DNA of 46,052 bases from a virus, in IMG/VR virus record IMGVR_UViG_3300045988_022330, positions 1-46,052 of that record. The stretch is one strand, 5' to 3'. The notes under the pieces were generated by a model. The model saw only the letters and a list, made by a program, of their open reading frames with translations. It did not search any database and was not told the DNA's origin. Below, piece after piece: positions 5,676 through 16,374 of this stretch; the first letter of the stretch is position 1, and each line of letters starts with the position of its first letter. The translations under genes were made by a program, and so were the position numbers.

Positions 5676-8633
5676 TTAGTCATTAAAATAGTCTTGTGAA
5701 TCATCTATACCCACAATATAATGCGGATAATTTGGTTTATAGGTAATTAAATTTTTATCAACCCCCCATGAACCACCCTTTAAGAAAATGCCAACATTAA
5801 CCAAATTACCCATTTTTTCAAATGCTTCTGTACTCGTAACGTTAAACATTCCTTTCTCCTTTGCGTATTGCAATATTTCATATAACATATATAAGCGTGT
5901 ATTGGGGCACGGCGTCCAATCACTCCAATTGTTAATACCTTTTTCCGTTGGTGGTTCTAAATAGTTATCCGGGTATTCGGTCGGATTGCGTGCCGGGTAA
6001 ACCCATTCATCGGGATATGTACCACCCTCGGACACTAACGAACCCGGCAATTTATTTAACCAACATGGACGATAAGCGTGCAATGCAAAAATTACCCAAC
6101 CTTTTTTACTTACTGCCTCATCAACTACTTTTTTCCATGATGCAAGCAATTCGGGTTTATAACTATTATCCGGGTCTTGCTCTCCTTTATAATTCGGTTG
6201 TTGTTCCATTGGCAAACGTACAACCGTAGTTGTTAATGGTGGTATATTTACTTGTGAAATATCTAAATTCCCAAACCCCCACGGGATATATTTATTTATC
6301 AATTTAACATTTGCATGGCTTGTTGTACCGCCCGGCGTTACCCAACATTTTGTTTTAAATCCTAATTGCGTGGCTATTTCTAACCATTTCCCCCATTGAT
6401 ACCAAATTGGGAACGTTGGATTATACATTATAATGCTATCCGTTTCGTAATTTTTGATATATGGTTTAATATATTCGGTGGGTACTTCAACCCATTCTTT
6501 ATTAGCATTAACCATATAGTTTTTGTTTTCAGAGGAAACGTAAACGCTTGTTGTGTTATTACTTGTTTCACCTGCATAGGTTGAATTTTCAAGAATTGTT
6601 ATTGCTAAATCACTATCTAAACTTTCAACTAAATAATTAACATATTCATAACGTGCCGTCATTGAATGCGCCATAATTTCCCAACCTCTTTCATCTTGTA
6701 ATTTCTTTGCAACTTCTCCATTTGCATTTAATTGCGGAACATTATTTGTTAAACCCGTGCGTTGACCCTCGGCGGCTAAATTCCCTCTTAATCCCAAACT
6801 TTGCAATAATGGATATAATGTTGTCAGATACCCCCCGCCATTCATCCACGAATTCGGCGACGACGTGGGTATATTCATGTCAATTGTATCATCATCATGC
6901 ACACAAAATATTGGTTCTCTATTAACTAAAGGATTACCCGGCATTACAAATTTACCTTTTTCAACTAATACGGCATTCTCAACTTGTGGTTGATAATATT
7001 TATTTTTATCAATTGCCGCCGCATTAGCCTTTGTTGTTAATTCAATCCCCCGTAAACGGATATTCAACGATTTTGAATTAAAATTAGGTATTTCAACACC
7101 GTTTTCAGTTATCAACATTATAATATTACCGTTTTCATCTTTTATTGCTTTTAATATTCCCGCAATATCTCTTATTTCCGAAACTTCATTTGAAAAACCG
7201 CCTTTATAAAATTCAACCGACCCGTCATTTTTTATATAACCTATAATTTTTTTTTCTTCATCTTTAATAATATGCAAGTAGGGCGGTATATCGTCAACCT
7301 CTTTATATACATCATCTAATCTATCTGATAATGTTTTTATTCTATTATTTGTTTCGGCTACATCCGTTGTTAAATCAAATATATCCCACGGCAACACATA
7401 TCCCAACGTTGGCGACCCAGTACAACGAATATAAACCGTATTGGCGGGAATATCTGCGGCGGGAATATTTACGGTTACAATTGCGTTTCCTGCCCATTCC
7501 GGGGTAAATGCAGAAATATATTTGTAATCCTTATCATAAAATGCACATAAAGCAACTAAAGGGGCGTTTTCGTTTATTTGTCCTCTAATTTGCAAATCAT
7601 CTTTCCCGGTTATGCGCAAAAAAGGTGTACAACGCCATCCCGTTGAAATTGTATTTACATTTCCATCTGTATTGCTAATATATCCAATTTCTCTAAACAA
7701 AGAACGTACCCCGTTTAATGGTACGCCAATTTCCGTGGCTACAAAATCATTGTCCGGGTCTGTGCGACGGAATACCGTTAAACGGTTTGTTACTTCAAAA
7801 TTTCCAAATCCTACATAAACGCCCGGTTCAGTCGCCAAATAGAATACATTCGCTTTGCCGGATACCGGAACCGTTGACGGAATAGCCCAACCACGATATA
7901 CGTAACTCCCATTTAGATACGTATTTATTTGAGAAATCACCGCATTAATATCTGCCTTTGTACTTAAATTAACCAATACGTTATATAAATCAAATGGTAT
8001 AACGTAATTATCGGTTACGGTTCTTAATCCCGAACAACGGATATAAACTGTATTTTCCGGGATTTGATTAGCGGGAATCGTATCGGTTCGGGTTCCATCT
8101 GCTGCCCCTCCGGGTTGCCATACTGATATAAATTTATAATCACTATCATAGAAAGCACAAAACGCCATCAAATTAGTAACGCCCTCATAGGCTTTAATTT
8201 GCAAATCTTTTGTTCTGTCAATTGGCAAAAATGGCGTATTCGTAAAATTTGACGACGGCGTATTGATATTGCCGTTGTCTTTACGAACATATCCAACCCC
8301 TAAAAACAAATTCGGCACACCATTTAAAGCGATACCGATATTTTGCGACTTCCAAACGCCCGTTTCGTTCGTAAATACAACCATTTCATTAACAATTGTT
8401 GTTCCGTCGAAATTGTTATAAACGCCACGGGTTCCGGCAATGTAAAAAACGTTTTGGTCGGGCGAACCCGGCACGGTGTCCGGCGTTGCAACCCCGGCAA
8501 ACGTTGAATCATTACCCACATTGCTAACAATCGTTGTTAGCGTGTTTTGCAGCAAATCGCCCGTTATCTCATTGTTCCCGTTCTGTTTGATAACGGCGGC
8601 AATTGCGGCTTTTAATTGTTCATAATTTCCCAT
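5676..8633 (-). CDS. Tail fibre / receptor-binding protein (985 aa): tandem duplicated N-terminal domain, possible carbohydrate-esterase-like C-terminal domain
   Basis: Large ORF in the tail-tip cassette. Residues ~45-215 and ~247-420 are clear paralogous repeats (NVFY.A...GVY..F / LNGV..LF...GY......GN.NT / LQI.. / CAFYD.DYK.IS / IPA..IP.NTVYIRC.G). The C-terminal part has a CVHDDD and AHS motif loosely like NodB/CE4 deacetylases. Confidence 0.7.
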   Translation of the reverse strand: MGNYEQLKAAIAAVIKQNGNNEITGDLLQNTLTTIVSNVGNDSTFAGVATPDTVPGSPDQNVFYIAGTRGVYNNFDGTTIVNEMVVFTNETGVWKSQNIGIALNGVPNLFLGVGYVRKDNGNINTPSSNFTNTPFLPIDRTKDLQIKAYEGVTNLMAFCAFYDSDYKFISVWQPGGAADGTRTDTIPANQIPENTVYIRCSGLRTVTDNYVIPFDLYNVLVNLSTKADINAVISQINTYLNGSYVYRGWAIPSTVPVSGKANVFYLATEPGVYVGFGNFEVTNRLTVFRRTDPDNDFVATEIGVPLNGVRSLFREIGYISNTDGNVNTISTGWRCTPFLRITGKDDLQIRGQINENAPLVALCAFYDKDYKYISAFTPEWAGNAIVTVNIPAADIPANTVYIRCTGSPTLGYVLPWDIFDLTTDVAETNNRIKTLSDRLDDVYKEVDDIPPYLHIIKDEEKKIIGYIKNDGSVEFYKGGFSNEVSEIRDIAGILKAIKDENGNIIMLITENGVEIPNFNSKSLNIRLRGIELTTKANAAAIDKNKYYQPQVENAVLVEKGKFVMPGNPLVNREPIFCVHDDDTIDMNIPTSSPNSWMNGGGYLTTLYPLLQSLGLRGNLAAEGQRTGLTNNVPQLNANGEVAKKLQDERGWEIMAHSMTARYEYVNYLVESLDSDLAITILENSTYAGETSNNTTSVYVSSENKNYMVNANKEWVEVPTEYIKPYIKNYETDSIIMYNPTFPIWYQWGKWLEIATQLGFKTKCWVTPGGTTSHANVKLINKYIPWGFGNLDISQVNIPPLTTTVVRLPMEQQPNYKGEQDPDNSYKPELLASWKKVVDEAVSKKGWVIFALHAYRPCWLNKLPGSLVSEGGTYPDEWVYPARNPTEYPDNYLEPPTEKGINNWSDWTPCPNTRLYMLYEILQYAKEKGMFNVTSTEAFEKMGNLVNVGIFLKGGSWGVDKNLITYKPNYPHYIVGIDDSQDYFND

Positions 8634-8644
8634 ACTTAAATAAA

Positions 8645-9514
8645 TTACTGATTGTTGAAATCATTATTGAAATCGTTATTGAAATCTCCATTTGTTCCCG
8701 ACGGGATAACCCCCCGTCCGATTTTCTTAACAACCGTTGCGCATTCAAATTCACATTCAACGGATGCTAAATTGCCTTGTGTTTGCCATTTTGGGGTAAT
8801 TAAAAACGTATCGCAATCGTATTTCCTACCTTGACTATATACCGTAACAAAATCACTCATGCGGATTAACCGCATTACATCGCAAAGGTATTCGGGGGCT
8901 AAAAAGATAAACCGAAACGTTTTTTCCGATATTTGTTTTTCCGGGAAAAAATACCCGTCCCGTTCTTCGCCCTCTTCCTCAAATTTATATTCCGGTTTCC
9001 CCAATTCGGCACAAACATAAACCCGGTTTTTAAATTGCGCAACGTCGTACACTATTTGCCCGCCGTCGACCTCCATGTTTTCGGCGTCGCTCCATTCAAT
9101 GCACAAATAACCGTCCATTCCATTAACCCACGTAAATACGTCCGAATAATAAGTTTTAACGCCGTCATTTATCGCAATCATATATCGCCCCTCGGTTGCT
9201 ACATCTAAAGCCATTAATAAATTACCGGGGTATAATATAACATCATAACCGTATGATTGATAACGAACAATTTGCAATCCGGTTTCTTTCATCGGTTGGG
9301 TTATGTCTGCAATCCTTTTTGTCATTTTGTAATTGTACAATCGAACCCATGCAATTTGGTTGCTCCGGGTCGGTCGTATAATTTGAAAAGGCAATATCTT
9401 ATTCAACGGCGTAAACAACGGGTAAACGTCGCCATACGCATACGATTTTTTATAATCTTGGTATTGTACGCCCTCGTAAAACGGCAATACGGACAAATTA
9501 TTATTCGGTGTCAT
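8645..9514 (-). CDS. Tail/baseplate-associated protein (289 aa)
   Basis: ORF between two large tail genes, overlapping the upstream gene by 14 nt. C-terminus is a GDFNNDFNNDFNNQ repeat. Confidence 0.6.
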   Translation of the reverse strand: MTPNNNLSVLPFYEGVQYQDYKKSYAYGDVYPLFTPLNKILPFQIIRPTRSNQIAWVRLYNYKMTKRIADITQPMKETGLQIVRYQSYGYDVILYPGNLLMALDVATEGRYMIAINDGVKTYYSDVFTWVNGMDGYLCIEWSDAENMEVDGGQIVYDVAQFKNRVYVCAELGKPEYKFEEEGEERDGYFFPEKQISEKTFRFIFLAPEYLCDVMRLIRMSDFVTVYSQGRKYDCDTFLITPKWQTQGNLASVECEFECATVVKKIGRGVIPSGTNGDFNNDFNNDFNNQ

Positions 9515-12008
9515 ACTTCAAAGTTGTTTTAATTAAACGACTATGCAAATTTACGCTTAATTTATCAACTTGACCGTTACCGATATAGGTTTTTATTAGT
9601 TGCATCGGGTTTGGGTCGTCGATTGCCGGAAAACTAAACGTTTGTTTCTTCTTTCTCTCAATACCGTATGCGTAAACCTCGGAACCGTTGATTGATACAC
9701 GACGGGCGGGTAAATCATACATCCAATACGGGGATTGCAAATTGATAAATGCCAAATATCCATTTTGCAAAAAGTATTCGACCCCGTTAATGGTTTGCCG
9801 TGTAAATGGCAATATCCATTGCGTCCCGGTTTGAGGCGGAACGGCGGCAAACAAGGCGAACCCGTCCGAACTCATGTTGCCGGGGTTTAATAACATCATA
9901 TCAATGTCGGACGTGAAATTTGATATATTAATTTCCTCAATCTTTCCGGGCGTTACATACTTACTAATTACCTGTATCGGCAAACCCTCAAACGGCGTTG
10001 TTACGTCGTCCATCCATTCAAATTGGTATCGTTCCGCCAAATCAACCTTATCAAACGAATATTCGGACGTGTTGAACGCCCACGGTTTCCCATTACGTAA
10101 ATTTATTTCCTGTGTTAAATCATGGCTTACCATAACGCCGCCGGAATAAGAACCACCATTGCGGAAATATTGGATATGTTCGATTTTAAATTTGCCGTCC
10201 TCAATGAACCAATAACATTTGAAACAATCCCGTAACATATTAGTAAATTGTTGTAATGTCGTCGGGGCTTTTTGTGCGGGTTGCTGATATTCCCCGTTTA
10301 TGATATTGGTTTTCTGTGATACAAGTAACCGGAAATTTAACCCGGATATTGGATTATTTCCGCCGTATAAAAATTGGCTATATTCCGCCGTTGCTGCGTG
10401 TGTTATATCCGGGGCAATCTGCTTCAGCAAAACAGATATACAGGATGCAACCGGGAACGCATCCCGTAACGTGTACGCCTTTCGTGCTTTTTCCTCTAAT
10501 ATCCAATCCATCAAATAAAAGCCAAACCATAACGACGCATAACGCCATGTTGACCGGGCAATTGGATAAAACGTTTGTCCGTATATGGAATAAGGGGGCG
10601 CAAAATACTTTCCGTTGTCCGCTAATCCCCACTCTGTAGGGGTGTCTGAAAAATTGTTTGAAATAAACGCCACGTCGATTGCGTAACCAATCGCACGCCT
10701 ATAATTACGGTTATTATCAACTATATCGTCGGCGGGCAATGGATCTGTATTTAGGTCGTCGATTTTCTCCACATCGCACAAATACCGGGCATATATATTA
10801 TAACTTTTCATATCTGCGTGCATTGTCCCGGTTGCCCCGGAACCCTCAACGGCGGTTAAATCAAACTCCAACGTATCAAACGGTTCTTGTGTTACCTTTT
10901 GATAACGAAACATTGCCACGTTGTCCGATTGTCGGCGTATTTCAACTAAAGCAATACCAAACGGCAAACCGCCGCTTATTCGTTGTTGTGAAATATAGAT
11001 ATAATAATTAACGTTCAATTCCGGGTATAATTTCCCCTCGAATGTGTCCGCACTTGCACCCGTCGCCATTCGTCCCGTATATAACCCGGATATTACCGCC
11101 GGGGAACCGTTGGACGTAATTTGTATTTCTTTCAATATATTACACAAAGCAAAATGATAGGTTTGTACTAATGCGCTTTGGTCGGTCGTGGCGTTTGCGT
11201 CTTGTTCCCAATTCGTACCGCCCAAAAAACAAGAAACAATACTATCTCCCGGAACATATATTTGTATCAACGGACGTTTATTTATGGTTATACGTTGAAT
11301 TGACGGGGCTAATGTTATTAAATTATATTCCTTTTCCAATCCCGCCAAAACTTCGTTATAATCGTCTATTACATCGGGTTGTACGGTAACTTTTTTGTCA
11401 TAATCTATAAACGTACAATCAGTTTTCATAAACTTACCCGAAAAATAAGGAACCCACGTTTTACCGCCGTCGTTACTTTTATCAATTCCGTAAAAAAACT
11501 CATAATCAAATGGACGTGTATTAATAAAATCGTAATCGTCCCGGATAAAAGATATTTTGCCGGATAATTTAGGACGATAAAACCGTTGGTTGGTTTCTAA
11601 TTCATACTCTTTCGCCAAATCATCCTTATATACCGGGGTTGCTTTACGCCCAAAAACTAAATTTTGGGCGGTTTCCGTTCCTAAACGTATATAGGCGGTT
11701 CCGTCATTGTATCGTGTTTTATAAACAACAAAGCGCAAATAATATGCGTTGCTTGGAATATTGACGGAACCCGTTGTTACATTAATAAAACTACTTATAA
11801 AGTTTTTATTGCTATCATAAAATACACCTCGTTCAATACTTGTACTAATGTATAAAACACGTGGGTAAACATTACTAACAGAAACATAGGTACTATAATA
11901 GCGATTTTGCACCGCCTCCCCGGACGTAATCAAAGCCCCCGTATTAGCGTTTATAATTCCGGTTTTTAAAAACACATCGGCAAATGAATGTCTATAAATT
12001 GGGTTCAT
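9501..12008 (-). CDS. Large tail-tip / baseplate hub-like structural protein (835 aa)
   Basis: First gene after the tape measure (stop-to-start gap of 1 nt), the canonical position for distal-tail/tail-tip proteins. Confidence 0.6.
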   Translation of the reverse strand: MNPIYRHSFADVFLKTGIINANTGALITSGEAVQNRYYSTYVSVSNVYPRVLYISTSIERGVFYDSNKNFISSFINVTTGSVNIPSNAYYLRFVVYKTRYNDGTAYIRLGTETAQNLVFGRKATPVYKDDLAKEYELETNQRFYRPKLSGKISFIRDDYDFINTRPFDYEFFYGIDKSNDGGKTWVPYFSGKFMKTDCTFIDYDKKVTVQPDVIDDYNEVLAGLEKEYNLITLAPSIQRITINKRPLIQIYVPGDSIVSCFLGGTNWEQDANATTDQSALVQTYHFALCNILKEIQITSNGSPAVISGLYTGRMATGASADTFEGKLYPELNVNYYIYISQQRISGGLPFGIALVEIRRQSDNVAMFRYQKVTQEPFDTLEFDLTAVEGSGATGTMHADMKSYNIYARYLCDVEKIDDLNTDPLPADDIVDNNRNYRRAIGYAIDVAFISNNFSDTPTEWGLADNGKYFAPPYSIYGQTFYPIARSTWRYASLWFGFYLMDWILEEKARKAYTLRDAFPVASCISVLLKQIAPDITHAATAEYSQFLYGGNNPISGLNFRLLVSQKTNIINGEYQQPAQKAPTTLQQFTNMLRDCFKCYWFIEDGKFKIEHIQYFRNGGSYSGGVMVSHDLTQEINLRNGKPWAFNTSEYSFDKVDLAERYQFEWMDDVTTPFEGLPIQVISKYVTPGKIEEINISNFTSDIDMMLLNPGNMSSDGFALFAAVPPQTGTQWILPFTRQTINGVEYFLQNGYLAFINLQSPYWMYDLPARRVSINGSEVYAYGIERKKKQTFSFPAIDDPNPMQLIKTYIGNGQVDKLSVNLHSRLIKTTLKYDTE

Positions 12009-12009
12009 A

Positions 12010-15000
12010 TCATTTTTTAATTTTACGTGTCAAATTCTTGTAAATCTCAATAACATTGCCGTTGCCATCGACGTAACGACGACGGCGGTTTTGTTCCTTA
12101 ATCTCCCTTACATCGTCTTTCAAATCCCGCAAATCCGGTACGTTATTTTGCTGAACCGTTACATTAACGCCGTCGGTATTGTAGGCATTAAGGTACTTTT
12201 GGGGGAATGTTCCCCGGTTCAAACTATTTATTACGTCCGGGATTAAACGACGGAAACGGCGGGAATTACGCTTATTGATAACGGCGAAAAATTCCCCGCC
12301 CTCGGCACGCCTCCGGGTTCCGTCCGGCTTGGTTCCTAAATCCACATCGTCCCCGGATTGGTGGGAACCGCCCGCCAATAATTCAACGGTTCCGTCGCCG
12401 TAACTTTCCGAACCCCCGGCGTTGGCTGATTTGGATAATTGGGCGGCTTTGATTTTAGAGGCGGCAAAGGAACCCCACATTATAGCAATAGCCGGGATTG
12501 CAAACGGGAACCCCAATTGCGACCAAATCAAAGCGGACGCCGTTACAAGGTTTCCAATTTGTTGTATCGTTTGTATTGCCGCCTGTGCTTTCTGTGCCTT
12601 TTGTTGCTCCTTTAGGGCTTTTTCTTGGTTCTTTTTCGCAACGTCCAATTCCTTTTGAGCCATTGCAACGTTATTGGCGTAACCTTTCGCCCGTGCCTCT
12701 AATTCCGCATCTAATCGGCGTTGGCTTGCGTCAACCTCTTTGTCGGCAGCTGAAACGGCGGTGTCGGCGGCTTGTACCTTTGCATCCAAAAAACTATTTA
12801 ATTGCTCAATGGCAAAGGAAACGGACGTACTTATTGCCTCCTTTTGGTCGTCGTCCAAATTCAACCCAAACAAACCGTAAATATCGTTGCCCCTTTCGTC
12901 CCCTTTGCTCTTTTCAATCTCTTGGTCGATTTTGGCAATAGTATTTTCGATTGTCTTAACCTCTTGTTCCGTCATTTTGACCCCGGCGGTTTTGTTCAAC
13001 TCCAAAATCTTTTGCAACCGTTTTTTCTCTTGGTCTAACCGGAACCGGGTTTTGCGTTCCTCACTGTTACGCAACAAATCAAATTCGGACGCATCCAACG
13101 CCTGTTGTTGGTCGAACAAAAGCAACGCCCGTTCTTGGTTTAATGCGGTCGTTTGTTTCAATACCTCGGCGTCGTATTTGGCGTTTATATCCGCCTCATT
13201 TTGGCGGACGTCCTCGGCTAACTGCCTGTTTTGTGCCAATTCAATTGCCCGTTGTTGTTGTAACAATTGGATACGCAAATTTATTTCTTCCTGCGAACCC
13301 TCACGGGCGGCGTCTAATTGTAATTGCGTCCGATCGGCTGCGGCTTGCATTTGGTCTATTGTAATTTGGTCGTTCAATTCGCCCAAACTCTTTGCGTATT
13401 GTTGTTGCAAAAGTAATTGTTGGTTAAGCAATTCGGCAACCTGCGTTTCAGTTAATCCCCGCTCGGTTTCTAACCGGGTGTTAATGTCTTGAATTTGCCG
13501 TTCATACTCAACCCGCAATTGTTCCCGTTGCTTTTCCGCACCCTCTGCCATTAACGCAATTTGGGCGTCCTGCGTTGTCCGTTGTGCGGATAATTCCGCC
13601 GCCCGTTGTTGGTTGGCAATATCTACCATGTCAACCGCCAATTGTTCCCGTAATAAAACAATTTGGTCGTTTAACGCTTTACGTGCCTTAACCGTTAAAT
13701 TGGTTTCCGTCCTCAACTGCAATTGTATATCAACAATCGCACGGGCGTTGGCGGCTTGGCGTTGCGCCCGTTGTTGGTCGAACGTGTTTTTAATTAAGGC
13801 AATCCGGGCGTCTTCGGCTTTCCGTAATATGTCGGTTTCGGCTTTGGCGGCGTCCCGGTTTTCTTGTAATCGTTGGGCGGCTAATATCTTTCTTTCGGCG
13901 TCCAAATCCGCCCCCTCGGTTTTCAGATTAACGGCAATGTCAACCGCCCGCCCGGTATTATCTATTTGACCCTGCACGGCGTCAATCGCTTCATCAACCT
14001 TGACTTTATCAATTTTGCCGTCTAAATCAACATCAATATAAACTTTCTTATCTCCACGGGCTTTGGCGTTATTGAGTTGTACCAACATATCGTTTAGTTG
14101 TTTCAACTTTGCCCGGTTCGCTTCCAAATCGTCTAATTCTTGACCGTAAAAACCAACACTTTTATTGTGCGCCTTTGTGCGCTCGGCTAATATTTCATCT
14201 TCAATCTTTCGGGTTTCAGACAATGAAGCGTTGCGGGCTTTAGCAACGTTTAATTCCCGGTTCAAATGGGCGACACGTTCGTTGCTAACCCGGTTCATTT
14301 CGGTTGCCTCGGTTTCCAAATAATCCAACCAAACCTTTTGCGCCTCGTTAAGTTTTTGTTGGTTCTTTGCAGATTTATCAGTATTAGAGGCAAACAGAAC
14401 TAAAGCCCCCACAACCGTAACCAATGCCAATGCCAAAAGTACATACGGATTTGCGGCGGCAATAAGATTGAAAGCCTTTTGCGCCACGGTCGCCGCTAAC
14501 GTCGCCTTTGTTCCCTGTATGGTAACAAGGCGGTTATAAACTTGCGCTTTGCTCAACGCCGCCATTTGTAGCCGGGAAATACCCAACATGATTGCGGATT
14601 GTTTTTGTACGGCGTTTTGTATGGCTTGAACCCCGGTTGTAATGGCTATTGCCGCCTGCAACTTCTTTTGTGCTTCCTGTACTTCCTCACTTTCAGACCC
14701 GAACAACTCCATTGCCCCGGTAAATGCAGCGAACCCACCAGACGCACCCGCCGCAAAACTCAATACCGCATCCAAATTGGACGTATCGGACGCCATGCGG
14801 GTAATCTCGGCGGTTGCATCCTTGACCGCATCCCGTAATATTGCGGTTTCTTTGCTCAATTGCTGATATTCGGCGGTTCCTTGTTTGCCCTCCAATCGTA
14901 ACAATGCTAATTGTTTCGTTTGGTTCTCTATTTGGGTCGTCAAACCTTTGGCGGCATCGGAATAGTTACCTACGTTTAACGACGTTTTCCCGGTCGCTTC

Positions 15001-15504
15001 CTGCAACCGTTTCATTTCCTCGTAAATCGCTTTTGTTTCGGCAACCAATTTGCGCCCCTCCTCGGTCGCCTCCCTTTCCTCAACCGTCATATTATTGAGG
15101 TATATTTTATTGATTGAGTATTGAGCGGACAAACGATTATATGAACCCTCGGCCGATTGGTTCAACCGGGTTGTCAACTTGTTTAATTCGTTCGCCTCTT
15201 TTTGCGCTTGCTTCAATTCCGCCAACCGTTTTGCGTTCTCGCTTTCCGCAAACGCCAAATCCTTTGCCGCCCGTGTCAATTTGTCGGTATCGGCGGACGC
15301 CCCCCGGATTGTTTTACGTCCGTTTTCGGTCGCCCCGCTTACGCCCTCCAATGCAGCCTTAACCGTTATCGCTTCACTCTTTATATTTTTTAGAGTGTTC
15401 ATATAGGCGTCGGAAAGTTGGTCTAACTGATTAATCAACTTTGTAATCGAATCGTCCGGGCTTACAAGGTCGCTATATTTTATAGGGTTGTTATTATCTG
15501 CCAT
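12010..15504 (-). CDS. Tail length tape measure protein (1164 aa)
   Basis: Longest ORF. Extensive Ala/Gln/Glu/Lys/Leu-rich helical sequence with central hydrophobic segments (AAANPYVLLALALVTVVGALVLFA; FPFAIPAIAIMWGSFAA). At ~0.15 nm per residue this suggests a long (~170 nm) non-contractile tail. Confidence 0.85.
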   Translation of the reverse strand: MADNNNPIKYSDLVSPDDSITKLINQLDQLSDAYMNTLKNIKSEAITVKAALEGVSGATENGRKTIRGASADTDKLTRAAKDLAFAESENAKRLAELKQAQKEANELNKLTTRLNQSAEGSYNRLSAQYSINKIYLNNMTVEEREATEEGRKLVAETKAIYEEMKRLQEATGKTSLNVGNYSDAAKGLTTQIENQTKQLALLRLEGKQGTAEYQQLSKETAILRDAVKDATAEITRMASDTSNLDAVLSFAAGASGGFAAFTGAMELFGSESEEVQEAQKKLQAAIAITTGVQAIQNAVQKQSAIMLGISRLQMAALSKAQVYNRLVTIQGTKATLAATVAQKAFNLIAAANPYVLLALALVTVVGALVLFASNTDKSAKNQQKLNEAQKVWLDYLETEATEMNRVSNERVAHLNRELNVAKARNASLSETRKIEDEILAERTKAHNKSVGFYGQELDDLEANRAKLKQLNDMLVQLNNAKARGDKKVYIDVDLDGKIDKVKVDEAIDAVQGQIDNTGRAVDIAVNLKTEGADLDAERKILAAQRLQENRDAAKAETDILRKAEDARIALIKNTFDQQRAQRQAANARAIVDIQLQLRTETNLTVKARKALNDQIVLLREQLAVDMVDIANQQRAAELSAQRTTQDAQIALMAEGAEKQREQLRVEYERQIQDINTRLETERGLTETQVAELLNQQLLLQQQYAKSLGELNDQITIDQMQAAADRTQLQLDAAREGSQEEINLRIQLLQQQRAIELAQNRQLAEDVRQNEADINAKYDAEVLKQTTALNQERALLLFDQQQALDASEFDLLRNSEERKTRFRLDQEKKRLQKILELNKTAGVKMTEQEVKTIENTIAKIDQEIEKSKGDERGNDIYGLFGLNLDDDQKEAISTSVSFAIEQLNSFLDAKVQAADTAVSAADKEVDASQRRLDAELEARAKGYANNVAMAQKELDVAKKNQEKALKEQQKAQKAQAAIQTIQQIGNLVTASALIWSQLGFPFAIPAIAIMWGSFAASKIKAAQLSKSANAGGSESYGDGTVELLAGGSHQSGDDVDLGTKPDGTRRRAEGGEFFAVINKRNSRRFRRLIPDVINSLNRGTFPQKYLNAYNTDGVNVTVQQNNVPDLRDLKDDVREIKEQNRRRRYVDGNGNVIEIYKNLTRKIKK

Positions 15505-15600
15505 ATTTAACGTTATTTGCGGGCAATTTGCCCCGTATTAAATTATCTTTTCTTTTCCATGTAGTTAATCAACCAAAGAAAAACAACGCCGCAAATCGTC

Positions 15601-16374
15601 TTATTTGACGCCGTTTTTATTTTTAGTCGGTTTTAACAACTCCTTTATCCGTTCAAATGCGTTGTAATACTCCAATACGGTGTATTTCTTTGGTTCCGGT
15701 ACGTGCAAATGTTGCGATATGGTTAAACACATATTTTCAAATTGTTTATCGTACTGAATTTCCATATTATCGGAACCGCTAAAAACAACCGGGCGATTAT
15801 ACAACAACAACATCGTCGTTATTTTATCAATTTCTGCCCGTTTGTCCTCTGTATCGCCGTTTATAATCGCATCCAACATTAACATTGTTCGGTTACGTAA
15901 TTCGTCGTAATACTCTTTAATCGTCGCATCGTCGAACATACGGGGGAAATACATTTGCAATTCATCATCTATTTTTTTTTTGACCGCTTCCATTTGGGCG
16001 GTCAACTCTTTAATCGGCACGTCGCCGAACATATCGACAACCTTTTGCAATCCGTCGTCGGATAAATCATTGTACGGGGTTCCGTCGATTGATTTAACCA
16101 ATACGGCAAACGCCAAACACTTTGGACTTAACCCGGATTGAATGAAATACACGTTTTGCCGCATATTATCCAATTCGATTGCCGCTAATTCCGGGATTTT
16201 GCTCCGGGCGTATCTCATTGCCTTTTCAATATGCGTGTCGAAATCCTGCAAATCCGAACCAATCCCGGCGTCAACCAACAACATTTTATTGTACTTATGA
16301 AAACGCAACATCGGCAATTCGTCGATTGCGTCGTATATCTCAACCGTGTATTCCCCTATCTTAACCGTTTTCAT
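15601..16374 (-). CDS. Putative tail assembly chaperone (257 aa)
   Basis: The ATG at 16374 forms an ATGA overlap with the upstream stop; the track start at 16476 would overlap that gene by >100 nt. The call rests only on its position immediately upstream of the tape measure. Confidence 0.45.
   Translation of the reverse strand: MKTVKIGEYTVEIYDAIDELPMLRFHKYNKMLLVDAGIGSDLQDFDTHIEKAMRYARSKIPELAAIELDNMRQNVYFIQSGLSPKCLAFAVLVKSIDGTPYNDLSDDGLQKVVDMFGDVPIKELTAQMEAVKKKIDDELQMYFPRMFDDATIKEYYDELRNRTMLMLDAIINGDTEDKRAEIDKITTMLLLYNRPVVFSGSDNMEIQYDKQFENMCLTISQHLHVPEPKKYTVLEYYNAFERIKELLKPTKNKNGVK

Noticed and set aside
7374-8501. Diversity-generating retroelement (template/variable repeat) in the tail fibre
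   Set aside because: The two repeats are divergent protein-domain paralogues inside one ORF, not a near-identical TR/VR pair with adenine-specific differences. No reverse transcriptase gene exists in the genome.
8651-8686. 12-bp tandem repeat (ttgaaatc-containing unit, three copies) at the 3-prime end of 8645..9514
   Set aside because: It is real, but it simply encodes the C-terminal DFNN repeat of the protein. It is too short and coding-constrained to treat as an independent feature.
12422-15406. Many plus-strand ORFs antisense to the tape measure gene (for example 12887..13492, 201 aa)
   Set aside because: These are typical antisense shadows of a long, compositionally biased Ala/Gln/Lys/Glu-rich gene. 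They have no promoter or start context and implausible Cys/Ser/Phe-rich sequences. The same reasoning applies to 20217..20552, 21223..21558, 34057..34581, 36194..36948, 37561..38108 and 43140..43514.
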